IMG/VR virus record: IMGVR_UViG_3300028534_000017
Coordinates: 8,284-72,283 of that record
Length of the DNA stretch: 64,000 nt
Reading direction: 5' to 3' (one strand)
From: a virus
Made by a program: the position numbers and the translations under genes. Below, piece by piece: positions 29,893 through 39,943 of this stretch (position 1 is the first letter of the stretch; every line of letters starts with the position of its first letter). The notes under the pieces were generated by a model. That model was not told the DNA's origin. It ran no database searches and saw nothing but the letters and a program-made list of their open reading frames with translations.

Positions 29893-30266
29893 TATTCTTC
29901 CTTTTTAAAAATATTTTTTAATTTATTCCCAAGATAATCATTCCATTCATCGATAGTGTTTTCGGCAGCCGTTTCCAAATCTTTTATCGTATCTAATGTT
30001 AAATCATCCTTTGCTAATTTAAGATCAACTATTTTATCCGTCATATCTTTAGTATCTCTTTCCAAATCATCTAATCCCAGATCCTCTAAAAAATCTTCTG
30101 GTATCATCAGACAATCCTTATCAATCATAGAAATCTTATCTTCGAACTGTTCTTTTTCTTCCGAACTAAATTCAAAATCATCCATAAAATTATCCCAAGC
30201 GCCTTCATTAGAATGTACTAACTTAGCAAACATTATTGCCATATTTACAAATTCTATATTATTCAT
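29892..30266 (-). CDS. Acidic hypothetical protein
   Basis: 124 aa, Asp/Glu-rich. Confidence 0.55.
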   Translation of the reverse strand: MNNIEFVNMAIMFAKLVHSNEGAWDNFMDDFEFSSEEKEQFEDKISMIDKDCLMIPEDFLEDLGLDDLERDTKDMTDKIVDLKLAKDDLTLDTIKDLETAAENTIDEWNDYLGNKLKNIFKKEE

Positions 30267-30274
30267 ATTTTTCC

Positions 30275-30673
30275 TTATTTTGAATAAACTTTTGGTTCTT
30301 CTTGAAAAGATATTTCAAGTATATGAAATTCACCATTATCCCAACCATCACAATTTTCTAAATATTGATCGACTTCCTCATTTATATAAAAAAGTTTTTG
30401 GTTATTTCCATCTTTGACTAAATAATTTTCAACTTCATTTAAATGATCCTCCATTGAGGAACCATTTGTATATTGAAAACGATTTTGCCCAGCAATATAC
30501 ATACCAAGAACGGAAGCATTATATATTTCATTAAGTTTATCTTTAATTTCTGAAATGGTTTCTTCTTTAAAATCTGGGAAATATCCAATGGCTTTTAAAA
30601 AAGCATGAAACGTCATACCAAAATCATTATCTCCAAAACTAATTCCAATTTTGGTTATTTTTAATTTACTCAT
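30275..30673 (-). CDS. Hypothetical protein
   Basis: 132-aa ORF with RBS. Confidence 0.55.
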   Translation of the reverse strand: MSKLKITKIGISFGDNDFGMTFHAFLKAIGYFPDFKEETISEIKDKLNEIYNASVLGMYIAGQNRFQYTNGSSMEDHLNEVENYLVKDGNNQKLFYINEEVDQYLENCDGWDNGEFHILEISFQEEPKVYSK

Positions 30674-30681
30674 TTTTTTCC

Positions 30682-32121
30682 TTATATTAATCTGCTTAAA
30701 TTTTGATGTACCGCTTCTTTACGAAGTAAACAACTACCACATTCCCCACATGCTTCTCCATTAACCGGATAATAACAACTAAAAGAAATATCAAGCAATT
30801 CAAGAAGGGTATCTTCTCCAAATTCTTCTTTAAATTCTTTTAGCATGTTAATTTTAGTACGATTGATATACGGACTTAATAATTTAACATTACTGAATCT
30901 TTTACCGCCGTACTCTAACATATTCTCAGTATGTTCTAACCAAGCAATGTTATTATCACCATACACCTGTCCATCACTAAGATTTAATCCAAGTCCAATC
31001 ATAATTAAATAATCCTCTGGATAAGCTTCGATATAATCAAATTCTCTTTGAGATTGAGATACCAAAATTTGAGACATTAAAGTATTTCTAAATGGAACGT
31101 AAGCCAAGGTATCTTCTGCTTCGGCTTTATCCCCAACAGCATCTTTATTCAATAATTTAGATTTTTCTCCAGCTACTTCGGAAATATTATTTATAATTCC
31201 AGAAATATTTTCAGAATATAAATCAATATTTAAATCTCTAAAAATATTTTTATCTTTAAGATATTTTAGAAATTTTTTAGCAGCTATCATTTCTTCCGAT
31301 TCGGCATTACAACCATATTCAAAATAGGTTAATTCTGTTTCAATATTATAAGAAGTTAACTTATCCAATTTCTTTTCTAAATCAGAAAATATTTTATAAG
31401 TATTCAAAACAGAATCCATTCCACCACTAAAAGCTATTTTAAGACTGATTGTTTTATCTTTAAGAAATTTCTTCTTTGGTAACATAGCTAAATTTCTACC
31501 ACGTTTTGTAAAAATATTAGTAGTACTATACGTTTTAATACCTTTATAATATCCTTCGTATTTTCCCATACCTTTATCAACCATTTTAACTTTTAACGTT
31601 TTTCGATCAATTTCAATATAGCTGAACAAACCTTCTAATTTTTTAAAGGAATTTTTATTTAAGAAATTAAATATTTCTGTATCTACTGTTAAGTGAATAT
31701 CAGGATTTTTAGTTAATTCTTTAAATAATTCTTTATCATTCGAAATAGTTCCATGAACAAAAAAAGTTTTATTCAAATTTTTATTAATATATGGGCTTAT
31801 ATTAACTCTACCTGCTTCCATTTCCGGACGTTGTCGACTAAATAAACCAAGAATTATTTTAGAAGGATTTTTCAAATCTAAAATACTTTTTAAATCGGTC
31901 TGAACTTTTTCGCAAATTTCTCTAAATGAGTCTCCGCGATATTCAAAACATCTATTATCAATATCATTAATAAGTATTAATACACTGTATCCTTCATCAG
32001 AACCTATATAACCACCTTTAATACTTAAAAGTTTTTTAAACTTTTTTAAACTACTAATATCTTTTTTAAAATAATCAATTTTATCCTGAGTTTCGTATTC
32101 TCTTACTATAATCTGGCACAT
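30682..32121 (-). CDS. queC: Class II glutamine amidotransferase-QueC fusion (Gat-QueC)
   Basis: N-terminal M-Cys, HGTISN and VDTE; then AFSGGMDS, YVPFRN and CYYP...CGECGSC (Zn site). Confidence 0.85.
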   Translation of the reverse strand: MCQIIVREYETQDKIDYFKKDISSLKKFKKLLSIKGGYIGSDEGYSVLILINDIDNRCFEYRGDSFREICEKVQTDLKSILDLKNPSKIILGLFSRQRPEMEAGRVNISPYINKNLNKTFFVHGTISNDKELFKELTKNPDIHLTVDTEIFNFLNKNSFKKLEGLFSYIEIDRKTLKVKMVDKGMGKYEGYYKGIKTYSTTNIFTKRGRNLAMLPKKKFLKDKTISLKIAFSGGMDSVLNTYKIFSDLEKKLDKLTSYNIETELTYFEYGCNAESEEMIAAKKFLKYLKDKNIFRDLNIDLYSENISGIINNISEVAGEKSKLLNKDAVGDKAEAEDTLAYVPFRNTLMSQILVSQSQREFDYIEAYPEDYLIMIGLGLNLSDGQVYGDNNIAWLEHTENMLEYGGKRFSNVKLLSPYINRTKINMLKEFKEEFGEDTLLELLDISFSCYYPVNGEACGECGSCLLRKEAVHQNLSRLI

Positions 32122-32130
32122 TTTTTTCCT

Positions 32131-32436
32131 TTATAATTCTATTGTTCTAAATTTATCCGTATCCCAAACAGTAAATCTAACCGGATAACTTACGGCCATT
32201 GTAACATGCGTCATCATTCTAGGACTAACGAAATCAAAAGTTACTTTATCATTTCCATCCCAAATATTTTCAATAAGTGGTCTTAATGTATCCTCTGGAC
32301 TTTTACCCAAATCTGGTAATTCAATTTTCATCCAATTTTCATCTTCTCTAAACTCAGTAATAAGATTATTGAGTTTTTGATATAAATGAGCTTTTTCCGC
32401 TTCGAGATTATTCTCAAAATATATTTCGAATATCAT
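32131..32436 (-). CDS. Hypothetical protein
   Basis: 101-aa ORF. Confidence 0.5.
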   Translation of the reverse strand: MIFEIYFENNLEAEKAHLYQKLNNLITEFREDENWMKIELPDLGKSPEDTLRPLIENIWDGNDKVTFDFVSPRMMTHVTMAVSYPVRFTVWDTDKFRTIEL

Positions 32437-32455
32437 TTATTTCCTTTTAATTATT

Positions 32456-32632
32456 TTATTTTAAATTTTTTGTTGCTAAATATTCTATTAGATACTTAGC
32501 GTAGTCTACCAATAGTTTATTTCCGAAAAATAAAAAAGATTCTTTTTTTTCTTCAATTGCCAAATTATATTTAGCAACTAAAATATCAAAATCTTTTTTA
32601 CTTATTTCATTTTCTACTGATTTTAATGGCAT
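32456..32632 (-). CDS. Small hypothetical protein, 58 aa (not in ORF track)
   Basis: MPLKSVENE...FLFFGNKLLVDYAKYLIEYLATKNLK fills the intergenic gap. Confidence 0.5.
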   Translation of the reverse strand: MPLKSVENEISKKDFDILVAKYNLAIEEKKESFLFFGNKLLVDYAKYLIEYLATKNLK

Positions 32633-32883
32633 GTTTTTACTTTCGAAATAATTAATTTTTGATTATTTATTTCATATGTTTTATTTTCAAAAACCTGAAC
32701 CAAATTACCAGTTCTTCCGTGAGTATATTTTTGCCAAACGTAACCATCGATGCAATAAATCGAAATATACGAATCCGAAGAAAGTATTGATAAATTAAAG
32801 ACATTTGTTTTTTTAGAGCTTATTTCTCTTACTTCTGCAAATAATGAGGTTATTAATAAACTCAATATTACTATTTTTTTCAT
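32623..32883 (-). CDS. Secreted small protein with signal peptide
   Basis: MKKIVILSLLITSLFA signal peptide; two Cys. Confidence 0.6.
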   Translation of the reverse strand: MKKIVILSLLITSLFAEVREISSKKTNVFNLSILSSDSYISIYCIDGYVWQKYTHGRTGNLVQVFENKTYEINNQKLIISKVKTCH

Positions 32884-32899
32884 TTATTTCCTTTATAAT

Positions 32900-33208
32900 T
32901 TAAGAAGCGAATGCTTCTACTAATGTTTTATCAAGCATTTTAGCTTCATAACCAAAATCAAAATTTAAACCTAAACATTCACATACCGAAATAAAATTAT
33001 TTCCAAATGGAACTTTATCACTTAAATCAATTAACATTTCTTTTAAATCCACTGGTTCTATTTCTTTTATATGGTCAACTCCATTATAAAAATCAAGAGT
33101 AATATAAAAAATATTTTTTATTCTATTAAAAGAAGAATACCAATATCTTCCTTTAATATGTTTTAAATCTTTTAAAGTTAATTCATCAATAGTCATATTA
33201 ACCTCCAA
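32900..33208 (-). CDS. Hypothetical protein
   Basis: 102-aa ORF. Confidence 0.5.
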   Translation of the reverse strand: MEVNMTIDELTLKDLKHIKGRYWYSSFNRIKNIFYITLDFYNGVDHIKEIEPVDLKEMLIDLSDKVPFGNNFISVCECLGLNFDFGYEAKMLDKTLVEAFAS

Positions 33209-33440
33209 AAATTTCAGCTAGTCTATAATTTTGGGCTCGTTCAAAGGTTTCGAAAAAAATAAAACCTTTCTTCTTTAAAATCTTTTTTTCTTTTTTATTT
33301 TTTACTTCACGAACATATCCAAGATTAATAAAACCATGATTGTTTGGATCGAGAGCGTTAGCATCTCCTATATAAAACCTTTTTTTAATAATTTTATCTG
33401 GTTTAATAACTAATCCATTTTTAGTAAATTTAGTTTTCAT
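33198..33440 (-). CDS. Hypothetical protein
   Basis: 80-aa ORF overlapping its neighbours. Confidence 0.5.
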   Translation of the reverse strand: MKTKFTKNGLVIKPDKIIKKRFYIGDANALDPNNHGFINLGYVREVKNKKEKKILKKKGFIFFETFERAQNYRLAEIFGG

Positions 33441-34420
33441 AATTCTTTCGCTTCTGAATTTCCCGATAAGAATGTACCAAGAAGATTTAAATCTCCTTTA
33501 AAACTACAGGCGTTTCTATGTCCACCACCACCATAAACTTTAGCAATTGTAGAAACATCTTGTAAATTATCCGCACTACGAAGACTAAAAACTACTTCAC
33601 CAGTTTTCAAAATAAAATACATACATGCTGGTTTTTGATATTTAAGACAAATGTCATTTCCAATTTCGGAAATGTTTTCAGTCGCGTTAAGCATAAGTAC
33701 TTCTACTCCTGTATTTAAATCACCGAACCAAACAGATTTTAATTTATCTAATTTAATTTTAGATCTAACCATTGAATCAGTTTTTTCTATTAAAATTTCT
33801 CCAATTTTAATAATCTCTTTCAATTCTGTATATTGACAGACTGTTAGAAAAGCACTTATTTCCAAATTTTCATTTTTGGTATATAATCCCATTTTATATA
33901 ATTTTCTCTTTTGTCTATCGATGGCCATTTTAAAACCTTCTGAAAATTCTTTTGATTGAGAAAGTTTCCATTCCCAAAGATCACGATCTTGAATATATTG
34001 AATAATTTCAATAGGAATTACATCATCTATATCTATATTTTCCAATTCCATTTGTACGTGTTCCCAAGTTAACATTGCTCCAGATTTAGACATATCAAAA
34101 ATAAGATCTAAATTTTTAATATCTTCTAAACCTTGTAAATCTGCTTCTGATGTTTTATGATGATCTATGATCATAATATTTTCAAACCAATCGCAAACCT
34201 CTAAAATTTGAGCCTTATCTAAACTAAAATCTAAAAAGACTAAGTTCACGCATTTCTTTTCATCTTCTGTAAGATTTTTCATGAACTCTTCTTTAGCTGG
34301 TTCACCATGTTGAATAGCCTTAAAAACCATATCAACTCCAAGTTTCTCTAACATACTATAAGAAGCTACGGCCCCAAGACCATCCATACAATTTTTATGA
34401 TATACTACTAATGTTTTCAT
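33437..34420 (-). CDS. DHH/DHHA1 phosphoesterase (NrnB-like oligoribonuclease)
   Basis: YHKNCMDG, FLDF, IDHH, QDRDLW, FSLRS and GGGHRNAC. Confidence 0.88.
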   Translation of the reverse strand: MKTLVVYHKNCMDGLGAVASYSMLEKLGVDMVFKAIQHGEPAKEEFMKNLTEDEKKCVNLVFLDFSLDKAQILEVCDWFENIMIIDHHKTSEADLQGLEDIKNLDLIFDMSKSGAMLTWEHVQMELENIDIDDVIPIEIIQYIQDRDLWEWKLSQSKEFSEGFKMAIDRQKRKLYKMGLYTKNENLEISAFLTVCQYTELKEIIKIGEILIEKTDSMVRSKIKLDKLKSVWFGDLNTGVEVLMLNATENISEIGNDICLKYQKPACMYFILKTGEVVFSLRSADNLQDVSTIAKVYGGGGHRNACSFKGDLNLLGTFLSGNSEAKEL

Positions 34421-34442
34421 ATTTTTCCTTTTTAATTTAAAT

Positions 34443-34472
34443 AAAAAAAAGAAGGGAAATTATATTCCCTTC
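34443..34472 (-). terminator. Intrinsic terminator closing a short transcription unit
   Basis: GAAGGGAA-N6-TTCCCTTC followed by T8 on the - strand. Confidence 0.75.
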
Positions 34473-34476
34473 TCAA

Positions 34477-34509
34477 CTAACAGTTTCCTGGAGATACATC
34501 ACATCCCAT
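34477..34509 (-). CDS. Candidate 10-aa micropeptide MGCDVSPGNC
   Basis: RBS AAAGAGGAG 7 nt upstream; lies between promoter copy 3 and a terminator. Confidence 0.4.
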   Translation of the reverse strand: MGCDVSPGNC

Positions 34510-34562
34510 TTTGGAACTCCTCTTTAATTTTATTCTGGGTTTATCTTTTCATTCCCAGTAGC

Positions 34563-34616
34563 GACAGGAAAACTCGAAGATAAAAATAAATACAATTTCG
34601 GTATTTATTTATCTTC
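34563..34616 (-). terminator. Long hairpin plus TTTTCCTGTC
   Basis: GAAGATAAATAAATAC-CGAAATT-GTATTTATTTTTATCTTC then GAGTTTTCCTGTC. Confidence 0.45.
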
Positions 34617-34623
34617 TTGATTA

Positions 34624-34658
34624 TAAGATATCTATACTTAGTAATAGTTATTTTAAAG
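34624..34658 (-). promoter_or_regulatory. Bipartite phage promoter candidate, copy 3
   Basis: CTTTAAAATAA-CTATTACTAA-GTATAGATATCTTA. Confidence 0.7.
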
Positions 34659-34683
34659 TACTTAAAAGTAATTTAAAATAATT

Positions 34684-36444
34684 TTATTCTGGGATTGGTA
34701 CTATTTTAGATACTTTTAAAACAATTTTAGTATTTCCTCGGAACGTTTCTAATTCTGGTTTAAAATGAATATAAATAATATCTCCTTTTTTAGGAGTATA
34801 TTCGTGGAAGAAATTAAGAGCTTTAAAAGACAATATATTATTTTCATCTACAATAGTCATACTTAAATGGTTCTTTTGTTTACCAATTTCAGTACTTGTT
34901 TTAACAATTGCTTTAGTTACGAAATTGGGCTTATAAAAATAATGCCCATAAGGTTCAAATTTATCTAAGGTATGTATTAAATCTTCATTAATATTTTTAA
35001 GATCGATATAACCAGTAGCTTTTTTATCACTCATAAATTGATTATCTGGAATCTTTTTAAATTCTTCCTGTACTGTTAAAAAGAACTCTTCCAAATCATC
35101 GGCTTTTACTCCAAGACCAAGAGCTTGTTTATGTCCACCAACATGCGTTAAGAATTTAAGAATATGTTCTTTACGGAATTGACCTAAGATATCTATAGTT
35201 CCAACACTTCTTCCTGAACCACTATATGAGGTTTTTTCTTCATTAAGGTTAAGTACAATACATGGAACTTTATATTTATCCGATAATCTTCCGGCAACAA
35301 TTCCCAAAAGACCTTTGGCTTCTTGGTTAAATTGGCCAGGAATCATAATTAATTTATAACCGTTCTTTTTAGTAGGCATATAATCCTTGAATCTGTACTC
35401 AACATAATCTAATAATTTCTGTTGTTTTTCTTTACGTAAATCATTAATTTGGCTAATATAATCCCACCACTGTTTGGAAAATTCCTCAGTTTCTTGAACT
35501 AAAAAGTTACATGCATCATTAGCAGATGTTAGTCTATTACAAGCATTTAATAATGGACTAAAACCAAAGCCAATATCTTCAGCAACTCCTTTAACTATTT
35601 CTCCATCTATTCCTTTTTCTTTTAGGAAAGTTTTAAAAAATTGATCTCGAACATTTAAGTACTTGCCATTATTAAAGAAGTCTTTTACTAAGTATCGGCT
35701 AATACCTTGATTTAATTTCATTACATCCGAAATAGTAGTAATTGCTAAACCTGGTAAAAAATCTTCGTATAAACCTTTTCCAGCAATTGGTAATTTGTAA
35801 GTTTCTGCTAAAGCTTGGAACATATAATAAAGAACTACCGTTCCAGAAATATTCATATCTTTTTTACCGAACTCACAATCAGTTTGACAAGGATCTATAA
35901 CAGCTACTCTAGATTCTTCTTCTGGTTTATTAGATTGCCAAAGTGGCCAACAATCCTCATACGATGGAGTATGGTGATCGTTAATGATTACATTAGCTCC
36001 GGCTCTTAAAGCATATTCGGTTGCTTCTTTAGCAGTAATTCCATTATCCGTTGTAATAAATAAATCTCCTTCTTGGACATTTCGTTCAGATACATGTATT
36101 GGTAAAAATCCATAACCATCAGCTCTTTTAGTTAATACTAATTCAATATTTTGATAATTAAAATGCTTTGAAAAAAATCTATAAGTTAAATAATATGTAA
36201 ACATTCCATCCGCGTCGCAATCATGAATAAAGAATATTTTTTTACCTTGAGACATCGTATTTACCATTAAATCAATACCCTTTTTCATATCTTTAAAATC
36301 CCAATGGGAAAAATTAAAGAATTCTTCTTCTGAGTTTATTTGAGGATAATTATCTAATTTAGATTGTAGAATTTTTTCTATTTCTTCAAAAGTTTCGAAT
36401 CTTGGTAAATTATTTATTTTTTCTATTTCGTTTAATTCGTTCAT
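34684..36444 (-). CDS. recJ: RecJ single-stranded DNA exonuclease
   Basis: HDCDADG, RADGYG, ITTDNGI, INDHH, TISDVMKL, PLLNACNRL, SGSGRS, GGHKQALG and EPYG. Confidence 0.92.
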   Translation of the reverse strand: MNELNEIEKINNLPRFETFEEIEKILQSKLDNYPQINSEEEFFNFSHWDFKDMKKGIDLMVNTMSQGKKIFFIHDCDADGMFTYYLTYRFFSKHFNYQNIELVLTKRADGYGFLPIHVSERNVQEGDLFITTDNGITAKEATEYALRAGANVIINDHHTPSYEDCWPLWQSNKPEEESRVAVIDPCQTDCEFGKKDMNISGTVVLYYMFQALAETYKLPIAGKGLYEDFLPGLAITTISDVMKLNQGISRYLVKDFFNNGKYLNVRDQFFKTFLKEKGIDGEIVKGVAEDIGFGFSPLLNACNRLTSANDACNFLVQETEEFSKQWWDYISQINDLRKEKQQKLLDYVEYRFKDYMPTKKNGYKLIMIPGQFNQEAKGLLGIVAGRLSDKYKVPCIVLNLNEEKTSYSGSGRSVGTIDILGQFRKEHILKFLTHVGGHKQALGLGVKADDLEEFFLTVQEEFKKIPDNQFMSDKKATGYIDLKNINEDLIHTLDKFEPYGHYFYKPNFVTKAIVKTSTEIGKQKNHLSMTIVDENNILSFKALNFFHEYTPKKGDIIYIHFKPELETFRGNTKIVLKVSKIVPIPE

Positions 36445-36498
36445 ATTTTTTTCCTAATTTATTTTAATAGTAATAATATCTATGGAACTATAACAACG

Positions 36499-36714
36499 AA
36501 ATAACTATTCATAGTGTCAACTATCTATAGACGGCCAGTTATTTCAAAAAGACAAAAATTTTTAAAAGTTAAAATTTAAGAAATAGTTAATTTTTCAAAC
36601 ATTGATATCACCGGTAAATAGGGGACTTGCTTTTTGATTTTAAGTTTATTTTAAAATCTGTTAGCTAGAGATTTTAAAAATAAATAACTATTAATAGTTA
36701 ACTATTCATGGTAC
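36499..36714. repeat. 216-bp repeat at the strand-switch point, inverted copy of 24326..24541
   Basis: Manual alignment. Confidence 0.9.
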
Positions 36715-36813
36715 ATACTATTAATAGTTATTAATATTTTTTCAATTCCCAAAATTAAAGTCTAAATTATTAAAAATTAACTAAATAATATTAAAAATAT
36801 AAAGGAAATATCT

Positions 36814-39800
36814 ATGCCAAAATCAAAAATTAAAATAAATTTTGAGAATGAAAAAGATGGTAAATTAAGATTTTATGAAAAATTTAGCGAGAGTGGAGAA
36901 TTATTAGAGTATGCTTTTATTACTCCAGGTAACGATGATATTCAATATTATACTCAGGATCAAGATATAAAAACTTTTCCAAAATCTCAACTGAATAGTT
37001 TTATTATTGGATTATATAATAACATTTCAGATGAAAAAACAAAATATGATAGAGTAGATAAGAAAAATAAAACAAGTGTTGTTTATTTTAGTCTTCGTAT
37101 GTTTGCTAGTAATTTTCCTTTAGTTCTTTTATTATTTATTCATAAAGGTATTCTTGGAACCTTAAGATACTATGGATTAAAATATTCTAAAAGTAAAACC
37201 AAAGATAGAACAGCTTTTTTAAGCGTTCGTATAAAACAGGGAAATGAACCAGGTTTTTTAAATATATTTACCAATTCTTTATTTGATGAGTACTTAGTAA
37301 ACGGTATTCGTAAAGAAGCTACCAGACTATTCCCATCCGGCGAACATATGGTTTCGGATAAAGATTTAGATAATCCTAAAACTATGGAAAAATATTTTAG
37401 TAAGTATTATTCTTTAAATAAGTACCTGAATCTCAAAAACTCTAAAACGAATTTTATAGATATTACTACTAAGAAGGTTCTTGCTTCTAAAGGTGACCCA
37501 AGCGAGTTCATGGAAGTATTTGGTAAGTTCATGCCTGATAAACTTATCAATGGTAAAATAGAGGATATATCAGATCTAAGCAATTTAAGAATCCGTATGT
37601 CCGAAAGTATTACCCATCTTGCTTATAAAGTACTTCAACAAGGTATCGGATTCATGAAAAATAATAAAGGACAATATAATATTAAATTAGATATTGATCC
37701 AAATTTTATTTCAAAAGAATTGCAAGCAAGTGGTATGTTACAGTACTCTCAAAATATCAATCCTTTAGCGGAATTAACTCTCAGTAATAAAATTACAAAA
37801 ACTGGTGTTGGAAATCCAAGAAAAGAACAGATCAGCATGCAAAGACGTGATTTAAATAAATCATATTTTGGAACTATTTCTCCAAGTACTACTAATGAGT
37901 ACGGCGGAATTGGACTTAATCAAACTCTTAGTAATAAAGCTATTATTAAAGATAGATTTGGAAATATTTTAGTTCGTCCTTTTGATAATGATATTAATGG
38001 TTTGGATTTACTTAGTGCCACGGATAGTCTTAGCCCATTCTTTGAGTACGATGATACAACTAGACGTATTATGGGTAACCAGCAGGTTTCTCAATTCACC
38101 CAGATAGAATCTCCAGATGAACCTTTGGTACAAACTGGTATGGAAGCTATTATACCACATCTAGTTTCAGATAGATTTGCTATCAAAGCTAAGGAAGATG
38201 GCAAAGTAGTTCGTTTAGATCACGAAATGGAATTAAAATATAAATCCGGTTCAAAGGATTATTTTAATTTAGATGATGTAATGTCTAGAACTTCACGTGG
38301 GGTTTACTTACCACTTAAATTAACCCCTTTAGTTAAAAATGGTGAAAAAGTTAGAAAAGGTCAAGTACTTGCTACAACTTCTTCTTTAAAAACTGGTAAG
38401 TTAGCAGTTGGTAAAAATCTAGTAATCGCTTTAATGTCTTATCGTGGTATGAATTATGAAGATGGTTGGGCAGTTTCAGAAAGTATTGGTAAAAAATTTA
38501 AAAATACTTTATTAAAACGCATTTTGATTCCTATTGATAGAGAATCAAATATTTTAGAATATAAAATAAAAGTTGGTCAAGAAACTAAACCAGGAGACAT
38601 ATTAATAGAATATTCTAGTACTAAAGGTAATGAATCCGTTGAAGCCTTAGTTCAATCAGCTACTGAAGGAATGGATGGAGAAGCTACGGATGGTTTTGAT
38701 GTAAGTATTGGACGTAACTTTCATCAAGGTAATATTAGATATAATTCACCAGGTGGAAAAATTAAAACAGTTAATATTTTAATTAATTCTCAACATATTG
38801 ATTCTAAATTACTTACCGAATGGAAATTACTTAATAAAGAATTACAGAAAAAAATTAAAAATTGTAAAGAATTATTAGATCCAGTAAAACAAATGGATTG
38901 TCAAGATCAAATAAATAATCTTAAATCTGCGGTAGTCGGTGGACATAAATTAAATAATGATGTATTTGATGGAACAATTATAGAAATGTATATAGAATAT
39001 CCAAACCCTATTCAAAATGGTTCTAAATTTACATTACTTGGAAGTTCTGGAGGTAAAGGAACTGTTCAATATATGATTCCAGAAGGAAAGGAACCAGTAG
39101 CAGAAAAAACTGGATTAAAAATTGAATTCTTACCAACCCCTATTTCAAATATATCTCGTAAAAATATTTCAGTAGTTCTTAGTATGTACACTGGAAAAAT
39201 ATCGTATTTCTTAAATAAAAAATTAAAAGAACTTATAGAAAGTTCTAGATTAAAAGAAGCGGAAAAATTATTATTAGAAACGTTATATTTCCTCGATAAA
39301 ACTAAAGATAAAGAATTGATTGGATATGTAAAAGAATTTTTTACTAAACCAACTAAAGAAATTATTGCTATGGTAAAACAGTCCGATCCTTTACAAAAAC
39401 CAGCTTTTCCAATATTAGTAACGCCATTTAAAAATAAATTACTTATGGAAGATATTAAAAAAGCAGCCGCTTTTTTAAAAATACCATTAAACGAAAAAGT
39501 AATTATTAACGAAGAAGATGGGACGGTTTCGGAAAGAGAAGTACCGGTAGGTATTGCACCAATTGCGTTATTAGAACATATTCCTCAATTTATGGCTAAT
39601 GTTCGTGGTTCTGTAAATATTAAAAAATCTGCTATGACTGGGCAGGGACGTTCTGGTACTAAAGAAGGTAATGGAGCAGTTCGTATTGGTTTATACGATA
39701 TGTTTGGTTTAAGTTATAGAAAAAGTACTGCTCTTTTAAAAGAAATGCACTTTATGAAATCAGATAATGCCGCAGCTACTAATAAATTAAATAATAGTAT

Positions 39801-39927
39801 TCTAAGAACTGGTAAAGTTCCTAGTCAAGATGAATTAGAATTAGATGAAGAAACAGAAAAATTATCTAAAGCTAAAAAACTTATAGAAACGTATTTTTAC
39901 GGTGCTATGTTAAAACCAAACTTATAA
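36814..39927 (+). CDS. rpoB: RNA polymerase beta-like subunit, unsplit (RNAP set 2, probably virion-packaged)
   Basis: FGTISPSTTNEYGGIGL, PFFEYDDTTRRIMGNQQ, GKNLVIALMSYRGMNYEDG, GSKFT...GGKG and GAVRIGLYD. Confidence 0.92.
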   Translation: MPKSKIKINFENEKDGKLRFYEKFSESGELLEYAFITPGNDDIQYYTQDQDIKTFPKSQLNSFIIGLYNNISDEKTKYDRVDKKNKTSVVYFSLRMFASNFPLVLLLFIHKGILGTLRYYGLKYSKSKTKDRTAFLSVRIKQGNEPGFLNIFTNSLFDEYLVNGIRKEATRLFPSGEHMVSDKDLDNPKTMEKYFSKYYSLNKYLNLKNSKTNFIDITTKKVLASKGDPSEFMEVFGKFMPDKLINGKIEDISDLSNLRIRMSESITHLAYKVLQQGIGFMKNNKGQYNIKLDIDPNFISKELQASGMLQYSQNINPLAELTLSNKITKTGVGNPRKEQISMQRRDLNKSYFGTISPSTTNEYGGIGLNQTLSNKAIIKDRFGNILVRPFDNDINGLDLLSATDSLSPFFEYDDTTRRIMGNQQVSQFTQIESPDEPLVQTGMEAIIPHLVSDRFAIKAKEDGKVVRLDHEMELKYKSGSKDYFNLDDVMSRTSRGVYLPLKLTPLVKNGEKVRKGQVLATTSSLKTGKLAVGKNLVIALMSYRGMNYEDGWAVSESIGKKFKNTLLKRILIPIDRESNILEYKIKVGQETKPGDILIEYSSTKGNESVEALVQSATEGMDGEATDGFDVSIGRNFHQGNIRYNSPGGKIKTVNILINSQHIDSKLLTEWKLLNKELQKKIKNCKELLDPVKQMDCQDQINNLKSAVVGGHKLNNDVFDGTIIEMYIEYPNPIQNGSKFTLLGSSGGKGTVQYMIPEGKEPVAEKTGLKIEFLPTPISNISRKNISVVLSMYTGKISYFLNKKLKELIESSRLKEAEKLLLETLYFLDKTKDKELIGYVKEFFTKPTKEIIAMVKQSDPLQKPAFPILVTPFKNKLLMEDIKKAAAFLKIPLNEKVIINEEDGTVSEREVPVGIAPIALLEHIPQFMANVRGSVNIKKSAMTGQGRSGTKEGNGAVRIGLYDMFGLSYRKSTALLKEMHFMKSDNAAATNKLNNSILRTGKVPSQDELELDEETEKLSKAKKLIETYFYGAMLKPNL

Positions 39928-39943
39928 AAATTAAAGGAAGATA

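Noticed and set aside
34525-34560. CTGGG...CCCAG stem followed by an A-rich tail, resembling a preQ1-I riboswitch upstream of the queC-containing block
   Set aside because: The loop (AATGAAAAGATAAA) lacks the conserved U and ligand-pairing C, and no pseudoknot pairing is evident. An Rfam search would settle it.
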